64,000 bases of DNA from an uncultured Candidatus Saccharibacteria bacterium (GTDB lineage Bacteria; Patescibacteriota; Saccharimonadia; Saccharimonadales; JALRHH01). The notes below the pieces were generated by a model. That model was given only the letters and a program-made list of their open reading frames with translations, was not told the DNA's origin and did not search any database. Made by a program: the position numbers and the translations under genes. Of the stretch, positions 44,741-54,699 are shown piece after piece (position 1 is the stretch's first letter; every line of letters begins with the position of its first letter). The DNA lies in the NCBI GenBank assembly GCA_964590315.1, contig CAZPVS010000003.1, forward strand, positions 16,699 through 80,698, read 5' to 3'.

Positions 44741-46678
44741 ATGTATTTCTATGAGGTGCTTATAAGCAGCCAGCGTTATCATGGGAGCGAACCACTGACC
44801 TACAGTAGCCACGAGCAACTACACAGTGGCGCAGTTGTCGTCGTACCTATGGGTCCCAAAACCGTATTGGGCATAGTGATCCGGCAGACGACTCAGCCCA
44901 CCTTTGTGACAAAATCGATTATATCAATTACCAGCACTCAACCATTACCTCCCCAGATACTAGCACTCCACCACTGGCTTCTTACGTACTACCCTGCTCC
45001 GTTAGGCCTGGTAACACAGCTGTTCCTACCGAGCTCACTCACCACAAAAGCCCGCAAGAAAACAGTACCGCATGAATCGTCACACCCACTACCCCAGGAC
45101 ATGCCCCCGCTTACCGATGAACAGGCATCTGTCGTCAACGCCATATCGGCTCAGGATGGTTCTTTCTTACTTCATGGTGATACGGGCAGCGGCAAAACCC
45201 GTGTCTACATGGAGTTGGCAAAACAGAGTCTTGAAGCAGGTAAGTCCGTTTGCGTACTCACGCCTGAGATTGGCCTTACCCCGCAATTAGTCTCGAGTTT
45301 TGAATCAGCCTTCCCTGGGCATGTTCATACAATCCACTCTACCCAAACTCCCGCGCAGCGCCGAGATAGCTGGCAAGCAATCATGAAGAATAGCGGGCCT
45401 CAGATCGTCATAGGACCGCGTTCAGCTCTTTTCTCTCCACTTAGCGACGTTGGCCTCGTGGTGGTCGATGAGGCCCATGACACCGCTTACAAACAAGAAC
45501 AGATGCCGTATTACCAGGCAACACGAGTAGCTGCAAAGCTGGCCGAGCTGCATGGAGCAAAATTGGTTCTTGGCACGGCGACACCCTTAGTGCAGGACTA
45601 TTACGCTTTTGTGGCTAAGAAACTACCGATACTCCGGATGGAACATCTGGCGATAGGTAAAGCTCATCCTAATACCCTGTCTATTGTTGATGTAAAAGAG
45701 CGGGAGAATTTTAGCCGCTCGCCATGGTTATCAAATATGCTTCTTAATGAGATAGGCGTAGCCCTTCGAGATGGTATGCAAAGTCTCATTTTCCTAAACA
45801 GACGGGGTACTGCCCGGTTGGTGCTTTGTAAGCAGTGCGGCTGGCAAGCAACCTGCCCCCATTGTGATTTACCCCTCACCTATCACGGTGATCATTACCA
45901 CCTCCGGTGCCATACGTGCGGGTATACTTCTACACCGCCCAGTGACTGCCCGACCTGTCATTCCACAGACATCCAGTTCAAGAGTGTAGGGACAAAGACA
46001 ATCGTGGATGAACTGACTAAAAAGTTTCCGGGGGCGCGTATTCAACGATTTGACAGTGATACGCTCAAATCTGAGCGTCTTGAATCCAATTATGAAGCAA
46101 TTAGGACGGGCGCAGTGGACATTCTTGTTGGCACACAAATGCTCACCAAGGGGCTCGACCTACCGCGCCTGCAGTTTGTTGGTGTTGTTGCCGCAGATAC
46201 CAGTCTATACTTCCCGGACTACACTGCTGAAGAACGCACGTATCAAATGCTCCGCCAAGTAATGGGGCGCGTCGGACGAGGCCACCAGGCAGGTTCTGTC
46301 GTGGTGCAAACATACTATCCTCAGAGTCCGACTATCCAAGCCGCCGTTCATAATAATTACGAGTTGTTCTACGAGGCACAGTTGAAGGAGAGAGAAATAT
46401 ATGGGTTCCCCCCTTATTACTTTATACTCAAAATTAGCGTAGAACGAGCAAATGCGACAGGGGCTACCCGTGCAGCGCATGAGCTGGCCGAGCACATACT
46501 GCGTCATGGATATTTGATTACAGTCAGCGGCCCTTCGCCAGCATTTATTGAGAAAGCTCATAACAAATATCGCTGGCAACTTATTATCAAAGCCAAACAG
46601 CGAAGCGAACTTGTCAAAATAATCAAAAAACTGCCAAAAAACTGTCAGTATGACATAGATCCCAGCAATTTGTTGTAG
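44741..46678 (+). CDS. priA: Primosomal protein N' (replication restart helicase PriA)
   Basis: GDTGSGKT (Walker A), VVVDEAHD and the Cys-rich zinc-binding insert CKQCGWQATCPHCDLPLTYH....CHTCG....CPTC. Confidence 0.92.
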   Translation: MYFYEVLISSQRYHGSEPLTYSSHEQLHSGAVVVVPMGPKTVLGIVIRQTTQPTFVTKSIISITSTQPLPPQILALHHWLLTYYPAPLGLVTQLFLPSSLTTKARKKTVPHESSHPLPQDMPPLTDEQASVVNAISAQDGSFLLHGDTGSGKTRVYMELAKQSLEAGKSVCVLTPEIGLTPQLVSSFESAFPGHVHTIHSTQTPAQRRDSWQAIMKNSGPQIVIGPRSALFSPLSDVGLVVVDEAHDTAYKQEQMPYYQATRVAAKLAELHGAKLVLGTATPLVQDYYAFVAKKLPILRMEHLAIGKAHPNTLSIVDVKERENFSRSPWLSNMLLNEIGVALRDGMQSLIFLNRRGTARLVLCKQCGWQATCPHCDLPLTYHGDHYHLRCHTCGYTSTPPSDCPTCHSTDIQFKSVGTKTIVDELTKKFPGARIQRFDSDTLKSERLESNYEAIRTGAVDILVGTQMLTKGLDLPRLQFVGVVAADTSLYFPDYTAEERTYQMLRQVMGRVGRGHQAGSVVVQTYYPQSPTIQAAVHNNYELFYEAQLKEREIYGFPPYYFILKISVERANATGATRAAHELAEHILRHGYLITVSGPSPAFIEKAHNKYRWQLIIKAKQRSELVKIIKKLPKNCQYDIDPSNLL

Positions 46679-46731
46679 CCTTAACCACAAGCATTTCTCT
46701 CACCTTCTCATCTGAGCTATACTACACAGCA

Positions 46732-47310
46732 ATGAATAAAGACGACATTATCACACTGCCTCATGCGCATCTACGCGAACGTTCCAAGAAGATAGGTATA
46801 ATTAGTAAAGAAATAGTACAGCTAATCGCAGATATGCAAGCTGCGACCCTCGACTGGGAAGATAGCCGAGCACATGAAGTGGGTGTTGCTTTGGCGGCAG
46901 TACAAATTGATGTTCTGCTGCGAGTTGTGGTTATCCGTAATAATTTTGACGACAAAAACGACCGAACATTTCAAGTGTTCATCAATCCCGAAATCACCAA
47001 GTACGAAGGTAAACTCATTGAGGATTATGAAGGATGTCTGAGCATCAAGGATGTCTACGGCCGCGTGAAGCGCTACGAAAAAGTGCGCGTAAAAGCCCTC
47101 GACGAACACGGCCAACCAATTCGCCTGACAGCTGATGGCTTTTTAGCTCGAGTTTTTCAGCACGAGATTGACCACACAAACGGTATTGTATTCATTGACC
47201 ACATCAAAGAAGACCCCACGGCATTCTTCAGACTTGATGCTCAGGGTCATCTAGAACCGCTCGATTACGATAATGAAGTAGTGTCTAATAAAGATCTATG
47301 GACAGATTAA
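46732..47310 (+). CDS. def: Peptide deformylase
   Basis: GVALAAVQI, EGCLS and HEIDH motifs. Confidence 0.93.
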   Translation: MNKDDIITLPHAHLRERSKKIGIISKEIVQLIADMQAATLDWEDSRAHEVGVALAAVQIDVLLRVVVIRNNFDDKNDRTFQVFINPEITKYEGKLIEDYEGCLSIKDVYGRVKRYEKVRVKALDEHGQPIRLTADGFLARVFQHEIDHTNGIVFIDHIKEDPTAFFRLDAQGHLEPLDYDNEVVSNKDLWTD

Positions 47311-48218
47311 TGGATTCATCCCGCTCAATCGTCTTCTTTGGAAGTGGTCCCGTTGCTGCAAAATCACTTGAACTCCTTTCTGAAAGTTTCACAATCGAGG
47401 CTGTCATTACAAAGCCCAAGCCTGCACATCATCGAGGCGATTTCCCCGTCTTGGTCAGTGCAGAAAGAAGAGATATCCCTGTATATACCGTATCAACACG
47501 AGTAGAACTGTCTGAACTGATCGCGACGAGCCCCTTCAAGAGCAAACTTGGCGTGCTCATCGACTTCGGCATAATTGTCGCGCAAGATGTCATTGATTAT
47601 TTCCCCTCCGGCATACTCAATAGCCATTTCTCCATCCTGCCAGAATGGCGAGGTGCTGACCCTATTACATTTGCCATCTTAAGCGGCCAAGAAAGTACTG
47701 GTGTGACACTGATGTTCCTCGTAGAGGCAATGGACGAAGGTCCAATATATACCTACGGTGAACTACCTCTGGATGGGACGGAGACAACACCCATACTGAC
47801 AGATAAACTTATTGAACTGAGCGACAAGCTACTGAAGAAATCCCTACCGCACATACTTCCAGGTTCATTTTCAGTATCAGATCAGGATGTAACCAAACGC
47901 ACCACGAGCTACTCACGAAAGCTCACAAAAAATGATGGTATCATTGATTGGCAAAAATCAGCTGAAGTAATCGAACGTGAGGTTCGTGCATTTATTGACT
48001 GGCCGAAAAGCACAACCCGCTTGGCCAACAAGGATGTGATACTGACACATGTTCGTGTTGTGGGGGGCCATGGCGCTCCTGGCACCGCGAAGATTGTTGA
48101 CAGAGAACTTCTCATCTACTGCGGTACTGATGCATTAGTGATTGAACGCCTCAAGCCAGCAGGCAAACAAGAAATGACCGGCACTTCTTTCATTGCCGGT
48201 CATCATCATCTACTGTAA
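47310..48218 (+). CDS. fmt: Methionyl-tRNA formyltransferase
   Basis: IVFFGSGPVAAKSL, NSHFSILPEWRGADPI and a C-terminal beta-barrel domain. The start ATG at 47310 overlaps the def stop (TAATG). The alternative ATG at 47298 is also in frame. Confidence 0.88.
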   Translation: MDSSRSIVFFGSGPVAAKSLELLSESFTIEAVITKPKPAHHRGDFPVLVSAERRDIPVYTVSTRVELSELIATSPFKSKLGVLIDFGIIVAQDVIDYFPSGILNSHFSILPEWRGADPITFAILSGQESTGVTLMFLVEAMDEGPIYTYGELPLDGTETTPILTDKLIELSDKLLKKSLPHILPGSFSVSDQDVTKRTTSYSRKLTKNDGIIDWQKSAEVIEREVRAFIDWPKSTTRLANKDVILTHVRVVGGHGAPGTAKIVDRELLIYCGTDALVIERLKPAGKQEMTGTSFIAGHHHLL

Positions 48219-48226
48219 GGATACAG

Positions 48227-48547
48227 TTACTGCGGCTGTTGAGAAGCAGCAACAATCTGAGGAGCGGTCGCTTTAATCTCAGTTTTCAGCTTTTCAAGTT
48301 CCTGAGCAACAACTTGCTTATAATCAGGGAAATTTGTTTCCAGCCATTTTAGTGCACCAGTCTCATCGTTCGCATCAATGAAGGATTCAAATTCATCAAG
48401 TTGTTCGTTCGTCATCTGTTGAGCAAGAGTCATGCCAACTCTCATCTCAAGCGTTTCGTAAATATGACCGAGCATTACTTTTTTATCCTCAGGTAGTAGG
48501 CTACCGAGACCCAATTCTTGTAGTAGGTTATCGTCGAGTTTGAACAT
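48227..48547 (-). CDS. Small conserved-looking helical protein of unknown function (106 aa)
   Basis: Clean ORF convergent with fmt. Acidic and helical, with no motif recognised. Confidence 0.5.
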   Translation of the reverse strand: MFKLDDNLLQELGLGSLLPEDKKVMLGHIYETLEMRVGMTLAQQMTNEQLDEFESFIDANDETGALKWLETNFPDYKQVVAQELEKLKTEIKATAPQIVAASQQPQ

Positions 48548-48571
48548 AGCTGTGTAGAGACCTTTCTTGTG

Positions 48572-49990
48572 TTATTTTATCATCAGATACGCTATGGTGC
48601 CCAGGGTAATAATAACAAGTGCTGCCCAGAAGCCATTTTTTGCTGCCCGACGGTAGCTATCAGCCATCTGCCCATTCGGTGCCATGGGCAAGCCTTCTTC
48701 CGGATAGTCCATCTGTTGCTGAAGCGCACGAGCTTGAGCCTCGCGGTGTTGCTCGCCAGCTTGTTTGGCCACTATTGCACCGACCGACACAGCACCCGCA
48801 GTAACAGTTGAATCGTCCTTGACCTCATGGCTTCTTTCGAATGCCATCTCTACTGGCGCATCATGCTCAGCAGCATCTGCAACTTGCTCCATTATCTTGC
48901 GAGACTCAACATCTGGTACATATTCTACTGCTGTTAGTTTCTCCTGCTGCGCTCTGGGGGAGACTTCAGGGGTCGTCCTGTTCCGCTCGTTCCTTGCTTG
49001 GACAAGTGGTGCTTCAGGTGCAGGCAACGTTTCTCTGTTCGTTAGTGATGGTTGCGCTTCTTGTCGTGTGGGCATAATAGTCTGTGAACGTTCTGACGTT
49101 ATTCCTCGTTCTTGTTTTAGGCGATTCAGCTGCTCCTGATTCTGCTGTACCAGTGAGCTAAGCTCTTGCTGGACTCGCTGTCCTTGCTTGGCCTCATGTT
49201 CAATTTTAGTAACTTTAGTGGTAAATGCCTTCTCGATTCGGCGATCTGCCTTCTTTCGTGCCAAATACTCTAAACCCACCGCTGCGAGCGGTAATGCTGT
49301 GCCAACACCCCGTTCAATAACTACTTCTCTTTCAACGGAGTCTGTTTGATGATAGGGGGTAGTGTGTAGTTGGTCATGAGGAATTGTACGGTCCGCCTGT
49401 TGAACAAGCATCGGAGGTACCGCATCCTCAGGGTTAAGCGCCCTATTATCTGGTGTTCGTATATCCTCAGGCTGATGAGAGGCTTCTGCACGTGTACGCA
49501 GTGGCGACTGTTGCTCGATTTCACCCTGCAAAATCTCCGCCCCCTGCTCCTCGCTGGTACTGCTCATACGATTACCATCCACATCGGTAGACTGGCCCTC
49601 TAGCAATTCCTCAGACGCACTCGGATGTAGTCCATCTCCTTGTTCCGTACGAATCAAACTATCGGAACTAACTGCTTCGCCGCGGGGCGTAGACTGCCAT
49701 GCAAACCATACGTCAGGGTTAAATCGAGACGTGCTCTCACCTTTCGCTTCATGACCATCAGGTGGGGTTACGACGCTCTTAAAGACACTCCTGAAAAATT
49801 TCCGCCACTTCTTTGGCTTTTCATCTTCATCCGCGTCCTCTTCTTCGACTTCGTGGGTGTCACCAATTAATTCTCGACGACGGAGGAGGTACTGTGACAA
49901 AAAATCACCCCCTCGTCGTTTCTTCGGAGAGGATTCGGTGTTTTTCCCGTCCTGTTCCGCAGGACCAACCTGACGATTTTCCATAATCAA
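48572..49990 (-). CDS. Highly charged, low-complexity protein with a C-terminal TM anchor (472 aa)
   Basis: E/R/Q/P-rich sequence with a coiled-coil-like stretch (QELSSLVQQNQEQLNRLKQERG). The only clear hydrophobic helix is at the extreme C-terminus (FWAALVIITLGTIAYLMIK). Confidence 0.6.
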   Translation of the reverse strand: MIMENRQVGPAEQDGKNTESSPKKRRGGDFLSQYLLRRRELIGDTHEVEEEDADEDEKPKKWRKFFRSVFKSVVTPPDGHEAKGESTSRFNPDVWFAWQSTPRGEAVSSDSLIRTEQGDGLHPSASEELLEGQSTDVDGNRMSSTSEEQGAEILQGEIEQQSPLRTRAEASHQPEDIRTPDNRALNPEDAVPPMLVQQADRTIPHDQLHTTPYHQTDSVEREVVIERGVGTALPLAAVGLEYLARKKADRRIEKAFTTKVTKIEHEAKQGQRVQQELSSLVQQNQEQLNRLKQERGITSERSQTIMPTRQEAQPSLTNRETLPAPEAPLVQARNERNRTTPEVSPRAQQEKLTAVEYVPDVESRKIMEQVADAAEHDAPVEMAFERSHEVKDDSTVTAGAVSVGAIVAKQAGEQHREAQARALQQQMDYPEEGLPMAPNGQMADSYRRAAKNGFWAALVIITLGTIAYLMIK

Positions 49991-50007
49991 TATATATTAT
50001 ATAACTT

Positions 50008-51762
50008 TTAGAGAGTTCTTGCAATAACTTCTCTCGTGAAGAGCTCGATATGATCACCTATCTGAAGATCAACCCGTGAAGTTGTTGCCAAACTCATGCC
50101 ACACATTTCCCCTTCGAAGACCTCTTTCGCTTCTTGGGGACCTCGCTGGAGCTTGGTGATATTAACAGCGGCAAGAACTTCACCATCTCGAACAACCCGT
50201 GCGAGCGCTGGTGTGACTAACTTGCCTTTCGTCACTTCTCCACCGCAAATGATTTCGTTTTTTGTTGTCTTGAATACACCTTTCACGACAAGTCGGCCGA
50301 GGTCGGTTTCTACTACCTCTGGGGCAAGAAGTTTAGTTAATTCCTCTTTTGCATCATCGATAAGTTCATATATGACTTTGTATATCCGGACAGCGACCTT
50401 ATCTCTGTTCGCAAGCTGCTTGATATTATTAGCCATCGTCACATTAAAACCGTACAGTATAGCGCCGCTAGAATGAGCCAAAGTAACATCATTCTCGCCA
50501 ATAGCGCCCACGCCCGATCCCACCACTCGAATAGCGACTTCACTCGTATCGAGTGCCTTCAGGCTATCAATAACTGAGGTTAGAGAGCCTTGGACGTCTG
50601 CTTTTACAATGATGTTTAGTTCGTTTAGTTCGTTATTTCGATTAATGAGCCGGATGAGTTCATTACTGTTCATTTCAAGCCGACCGCTTGCTTTGACACG
50701 ACCAGCATAGACTGCTGCTTGCTGACGAGCTGTTTTCTCATCTTTTACAAATTCAAATTCGTCCCCAAATTCGGGCAACTCTTTAAAGCCAGTAATTCGT
50801 ACCGGGGTGGATGGAAGGGCCTCCTTGATGGGGATACCTTGTGTTGTTTCGAGATTACGAATACGGGCATACGTACCGCCAGCCACAATGAAATCGCTCG
50901 CGTGGAGTACTCCTGCTTCAACCAATGCTTCTGCAACAGCACCGCGGCCCTGCTCCATATGTGCCTCAATAATAAGACCCGTGGCCGGTACGTCGACATC
51001 AGCCTTTAGTTCCTCGACATCTGCAACGAGTAACACCATATCCAATAGCTCTTTAACACCGTGGCCGGTTTTCGCGGACACTTCTTGTACGACTGTGTCA
51101 CCGCCCCATTCTTCTACAAGCAAATTCTGCTCAGCAAGTTGTTGCTTGACGCGGTTAGCATCGGCACCTTCTTTATCCATTTTGTTAATGGCAACGACAA
51201 TCTTAACATTTGCTTTCCGCGCAAATCGAATCGCTTCAAGTGTTTGCGGCTTAATACCGTCATCACCCGCAACAACAATCACCACTAGATCTGTAAGTCG
51301 AGCACCGTGCTCTCTGATAGCAGCGAATGCTTCATGCCCAGGTGTATCAAGAAATGTTATTTTGCGGTCACCGTGACTAATCTGATAGGCAGAAATGTGC
51401 TGGGTAATACCTCCTGCTTCACCTTTAGCAACCTGCGCGCCACGAATAGCATCCAGTAGGCTTGTCTTGCCGTGGTCGACATGTCCCATTACTGCAACCA
51501 CCGGTGGGCGAGATTGCGCCTTGTCACTTGCCGTCTTCTTGACCCGGGGGGCAACTTCTTCGGCTTCTTTGTGCTTCAGCTCAATATCAAGCCCCAGCTC
51601 ACCAACAATAATCTGAGCCGTATCAAAGTCGATACGCTCATTAACGGTTGCCATTACTCCATTCTTGAACAGCTCAGTTATAAGCTTAGTTACCGGCAGC
51701 ATCAGCTTATCGGCGAGGTCACCGACGGTAGTCATATCTTCGATTTCAATTTGAGTCGCCAT
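50008..51762 (-). CDS. infB: Translation initiation factor IF-2 (short form)
   Basis: [30 protein letters not shown] and NKMD are the G-domain motifs. The C-terminal beta-barrel domains are typical. Confidence 0.95.
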   Translation of the reverse strand: MATQIEIEDMTTVGDLADKLMLPVTKLITELFKNGVMATVNERIDFDTAQIIVGELGLDIELKHKEAEEVAPRVKKTASDKAQSRPPVVAVMGHVDHGKTSLLDAIRGAQVAKGEAGGITQHISAYQISHGDRKITFLDTPGHEAFAAIREHGARLTDLVVIVVAGDDGIKPQTLEAIRFARKANVKIVVAINKMDKEGADANRVKQQLAEQNLLVEEWGGDTVVQEVSAKTGHGVKELLDMVLLVADVEELKADVDVPATGLIIEAHMEQGRGAVAEALVEAGVLHASDFIVAGGTYARIRNLETTQGIPIKEALPSTPVRITGFKELPEFGDEFEFVKDEKTARQQAAVYAGRVKASGRLEMNSNELIRLINRNNELNELNIIVKADVQGSLTSVIDSLKALDTSEVAIRVVGSGVGAIGENDVTLAHSSGAILYGFNVTMANNIKQLANRDKVAVRIYKVIYELIDDAKEELTKLLAPEVVETDLGRLVVKGVFKTTKNEIICGGEVTKGKLVTPALARVVRDGEVLAAVNITKLQRGPQEAKEVFEGEMCGMSLATTSRVDLQIGDHIELFTREVIARTL

Positions 51763-51812
51763 GCTTTCCTCGTCCTTTCTGGCATGCTGCCGGTTAAAAG
51801 CCTACATTACGA

Positions 51813-52880
51813 TTATTTAGCGTCTTTGAGACTTAGTGCAATCTTACGGCCTTCGGTATCGATGTCGAGTACCTTGAATTTTTTCTTCTCATTCAGCTGG
51901 AAGATTTTCTCTGGGTCAGCCCCTTCGTCATCAGACATCTCTGATACGTGCACAAGAGCCTCAACAGATGAACTCAACTGTACGAATGCACCAAATGGTG
52001 TAATCCGCGTAACCTTGCCCTCTACAGTATCACCCTTGGTGAAGGCCTTAACTTCCTGGAGCCATGGGTCTTCGCTCATTTGCTTCAGGCTCAGGCTGAG
52101 ACGATCCTTGTCGATTGCAATAATCTTTGCCTCGACCGTCTGACCGTTCTTGACATAGTTGCGTGGATCTTCAACACGTTCCCAAGATATTTCAGAAATG
52201 TGTATTAATCCTTCGATACCATCGACATTCACGAAAGCGCCAAAGTCAATAACACCAGTAACGACACCTTCCACCGTGTCCCCTACCTTGAGTTTTGCAA
52301 AGCGTGATGCCATGTCGTCTTTTACTGCTTCTTTCTCAGAGAAGATAAGCTTGTTATCTTTACGAGAGATGTCCAAAATACGGACACGAAGCTGCTTATT
52401 AGTGAGGGCATTCAGCTTTTGTAGGATTTCATCCTTATCAGCACCCGATACCCGTGGGTAATGTCCGGCAGCAAGCTGAGAAACAGGCAAGAAGCCTCGG
52501 ATTCCTTCGAGCTCTACCAAAAGTCCACCACGGTTGGCATCGTAAGGAGTAATATCGATAATCTCTTGATCATCGAAGACTCGTTGCAACTCATCCCAAC
52601 CACGATCTTTTGCTGCACGACGCATACTCAAGAGCGCGTGCCCCTCGTCGAGTTCTGGGTCGACGATAGAAGTTACTATTGTCTGCCCCTCTTCGAGTTG
52701 TTGACCATGACCAATCTCTCGGCGCATAACAACACCTACACCGTTGGCTCCTAGATCAACCCATACCTCGTTCTTTCGAACAGAGGTGACAACACCTTCT
52801 ACGACGTCGCCTGTTTTTAATTGTTGAATGTCACTCTGGGCGAGCAAGTCGTCCATCGTGATAGTACTTGATTCTGACAT
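51813..52880 (-). CDS. rpsA: 30S ribosomal protein S1 (four S1 domains)
   Basis: Four repeats of the S1 OB-fold pattern (G..V.G.V......G..V.L..(V/I).G......(S/I)). Confidence 0.9.
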   Translation of the reverse strand: MSESSTITMDDLLAQSDIQQLKTGDVVEGVVTSVRKNEVWVDLGANGVGVVMRREIGHGQQLEEGQTIVTSIVDPELDEGHALLSMRRAAKDRGWDELQRVFDDQEIIDITPYDANRGGLLVELEGIRGFLPVSQLAAGHYPRVSGADKDEILQKLNALTNKQLRVRILDISRKDNKLIFSEKEAVKDDMASRFAKLKVGDTVEGVVTGVIDFGAFVNVDGIEGLIHISEISWERVEDPRNYVKNGQTVEAKIIAIDKDRLSLSLKQMSEDPWLQEVKAFTKGDTVEGKVTRITPFGAFVQLSSSVEALVHVSEMSDDEGADPEKIFQLNEKKKFKVLDIDTEGRKIALSLKDAK

Positions 52881-53018
52881 GTATTACATGCCTCCTTATA
52901 GATGTATTTCCCTAAAAATACCAATAAGAGCATTCAGCCCTCATTGGTACTTTTGTGGTTATCATAGATTATAGCCTGAAAACAGATAGAAAGCAAAGAT
53001 GACAAGTGTTGGCCATGG

Positions 53019-53843
53019 ATGTACACTAAGGGTATGTATGCAGCAGTCGATATTGGCGGCACAAAAACCCTCATCGCCACCTTCAACAAAGAGGGCGAGC
53101 CAACTGAACAAATAAAGTTTCCGACTCCCCCAGATTATGGGGATTTTATCGAGGAGTTGGCCAATAACGTTGCTAAATTATCAACAAAAGAATTCGACCT
53201 TATTGCTGTTGCGGCCCCAGGAAAAATCGATCACGGCCGAGGCTATCTTCTTGCGGGCGGTAATATACCCTGGAAAAATGTTCCACTTCAAGCTGATCTC
53301 GAAAAGAAATTTCACACCCCTGTAATCTTAGAAAATGATGCAAAAACAGCTGCCGTGGCTGAAGCTGTCGCAGCTGGATCAAACTATGAAACTGTCGTGT
53401 ATATCACGGTAAGCACCGGTATCGGTATCGGGGTATGTGTTAAAGGCAAACTAGATCATACGCTGCTTGATGCCGAGCCGGGAAAAATGATGGTGGAAGA
53501 CAATGACCGAATGGTGCCCTGGGAGTCCATTGCTTCAGGAAGATCGATTGTAGCAACCTATGGCAAACGAGCGAGCGACTTAGACGACCCTGAGGCATGG
53601 CAACGCATTGCACACAATATCGCTAAAGGCCTACTCGCAATTATTGCCATTGTTCAGCCGGATCTTATCGTTTTTGGCGGGGGCGTAGGCAGTCATTTTG
53701 AGAAATTTGAACAGCCACTGCTTCAGGAATTACAAAAATACGAGAACCCGCTCGCCCCCACGCCACCGTTAAAAATGTCCACACACCCTGAAGAAGCTGT
53801 AATTTATGGTTGTTATGAGCTTGCAAGACAGCGCACACAATAA
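53019..53843 (+). CDS. ROK-family sugar kinase (glucokinase-like)
   Basis: AAVDIGGTKTLIATF is the ATP-binding DxGGT motif. ILENDAKTAAVAE and TVSTGIGIGV are ROK/ASKHA-like. An alternative start is at 53034. Confidence 0.8.
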   Translation: MYTKGMYAAVDIGGTKTLIATFNKEGEPTEQIKFPTPPDYGDFIEELANNVAKLSTKEFDLIAVAAPGKIDHGRGYLLAGGNIPWKNVPLQADLEKKFHTPVILENDAKTAAVAEAVAAGSNYETVVYITVSTGIGIGVCVKGKLDHTLLDAEPGKMMVEDNDRMVPWESIASGRSIVATYGKRASDLDDPEAWQRIAHNIAKGLLAIIAIVQPDLIVFGGGVGSHFEKFEQPLLQELQKYENPLAPTPPLKMSTHPEEAVIYGCYELARQRTQ

Positions 53844-54345
53844 ACTACTCGGAAAAGTAGCTCCTTTTATCCCAGATGTCAGTTTTGTGTGCAGTACTGC
53901 TTTTTACTGGTCTCCTCAACGTCAGATAATTGGATATAGCCCACAATCTCTGGAGACCCCAGAAGGCGTCTGGTCGCTTATCCACGAGGTTGCTCATGCT
54001 AACCTACAGCACCAGAACTATGAGAACGATTTTGAGCTGCTGCGCTTAGAAGTAGCTGCATGGCAACGAGCCAAAGAAATTGCGCAGTCAGTTGGTATTA
54101 CACTTGACGAGGACCACGTGCAGGATTGTCTCGATACATATCGAGATTGGCTCCATAAGCGGAGCACCTGCCCTACTTGTGGTAATGTCGGTTTACAGCA
54201 TACTTCGTCTACCTACCAATGCCATAATTGCCATTCGGCATGGACTGTGACAACAGCCCGCTTTTGTCGTCCCTACCGCAAGAAAAAGACCACCACGATA
54301 GAAAAATCGCTCAGCCCACCAACGGACCAAGCGACGTTTCATTAA
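53806..54345 (+). CDS. HExxH / zinc-ribbon protein of unknown function
   Basis: LIHEVAHANLQH is an HExxH motif, followed by CPTCG....YQCHNCH. The ORF overlaps the end of the ROK gene. An alternative start is at 53815. Confidence 0.5.
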   Translation: MVVMSLQDSAHNKLLGKVAPFIPDVSFVCSTAFYWSPQRQIIGYSPQSLETPEGVWSLIHEVAHANLQHQNYENDFELLRLEVAAWQRAKEIAQSVGITLDEDHVQDCLDTYRDWLHKRSTCPTCGNVGLQHTSSTYQCHNCHSAWTVTTARFCRPYRKKKTTTIEKSLSPPTDQATFH

Positions 54346-54358
54346 AACAAGAGTGTGA

Positions 54359-54556
54359 TTACTCTGCTTTTTTGGTGCGACGACTAATGCGGCCGCCTTT
54401 TGCGCCTGCAAGTCGAGCTAACTCACGGTTAGCAAAGAAACCGCCAGTTCGACCCTTCTTGCCGCCCTGTGCACCGATCTTTGCGTAAAAGTCAGCACCA
54501 TATTTTGCTTTGTTAGTTGTTGCGGCAGCTTTGCCGCCAGCTTTCGTTCCTGCCAT
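54359..54556 (-). CDS. KGG-repeat general stress protein (65 aa)
   Basis: MAGTKAGGKAAATTNKAKYGADFYAKIGAQGGKKGRTGGFFANRELARLAGAKGG has a KGG/GsiB-like repeat pattern. The ATG at 54556 is preceded by GGGAGG. The longer ORF-track start at 54601 has no Shine-Dalgarno. Confidence 0.7.
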   Translation of the reverse strand: MAGTKAGGKAAATTNKAKYGADFYAKIGAQGGKKGRTGGFFANRELARLAGAKGGRISRRTKKAE

Positions 54557-54592
54557 TGTATTGGCCTCCCAAATTAATTTAGAGAAATAAAA

Positions 54593-54637
54593 AGAGAGCA
54601 TTCCGGTTGGTTATACGGAATCGCCCTCTCTTTTTTA
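54593..54637. terminator. Symmetric terminator-like hairpin between ORF 54700-55314 and the KGG gene
   Basis: AGAGAGCATTCCGG-ttggttata-CGGAATCGCCCTCTCT is flanked by an A-tract (5') and TTTTTTATTT (3') on the plus strand, and is equally U-tailed on the minus strand. Confidence 0.45.
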
Positions 54638-54660
54638 TTTCTTCTTTCGAAGATATAAAA

Positions 54661-54689
54661 ATAGTATCATACTATTGCTTATATGTCAA
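54661..54689 (-). promoter_or_regulatory. Sigma70-like promoter candidate upstream of the KGG gene leader
   Basis: On the minus strand: TTGACA (54689-54684), a 17-nt spacer, then TACTAT (54666-54661). Confidence 0.35.
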
Positions 54690-54699
54690 TAAGCTTCTG

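Noticed and set aside
50807-52143. Plus-strand ORFs antisense to infB and rpsA (50807-51376, 51472-52143), and similar antisense ORFs in priA (46205-46690), nrdJ and ftsA.
   Set aside because: Each is nested opposite a strongly supported housekeeping gene and has a low-complexity or implausible sequence.
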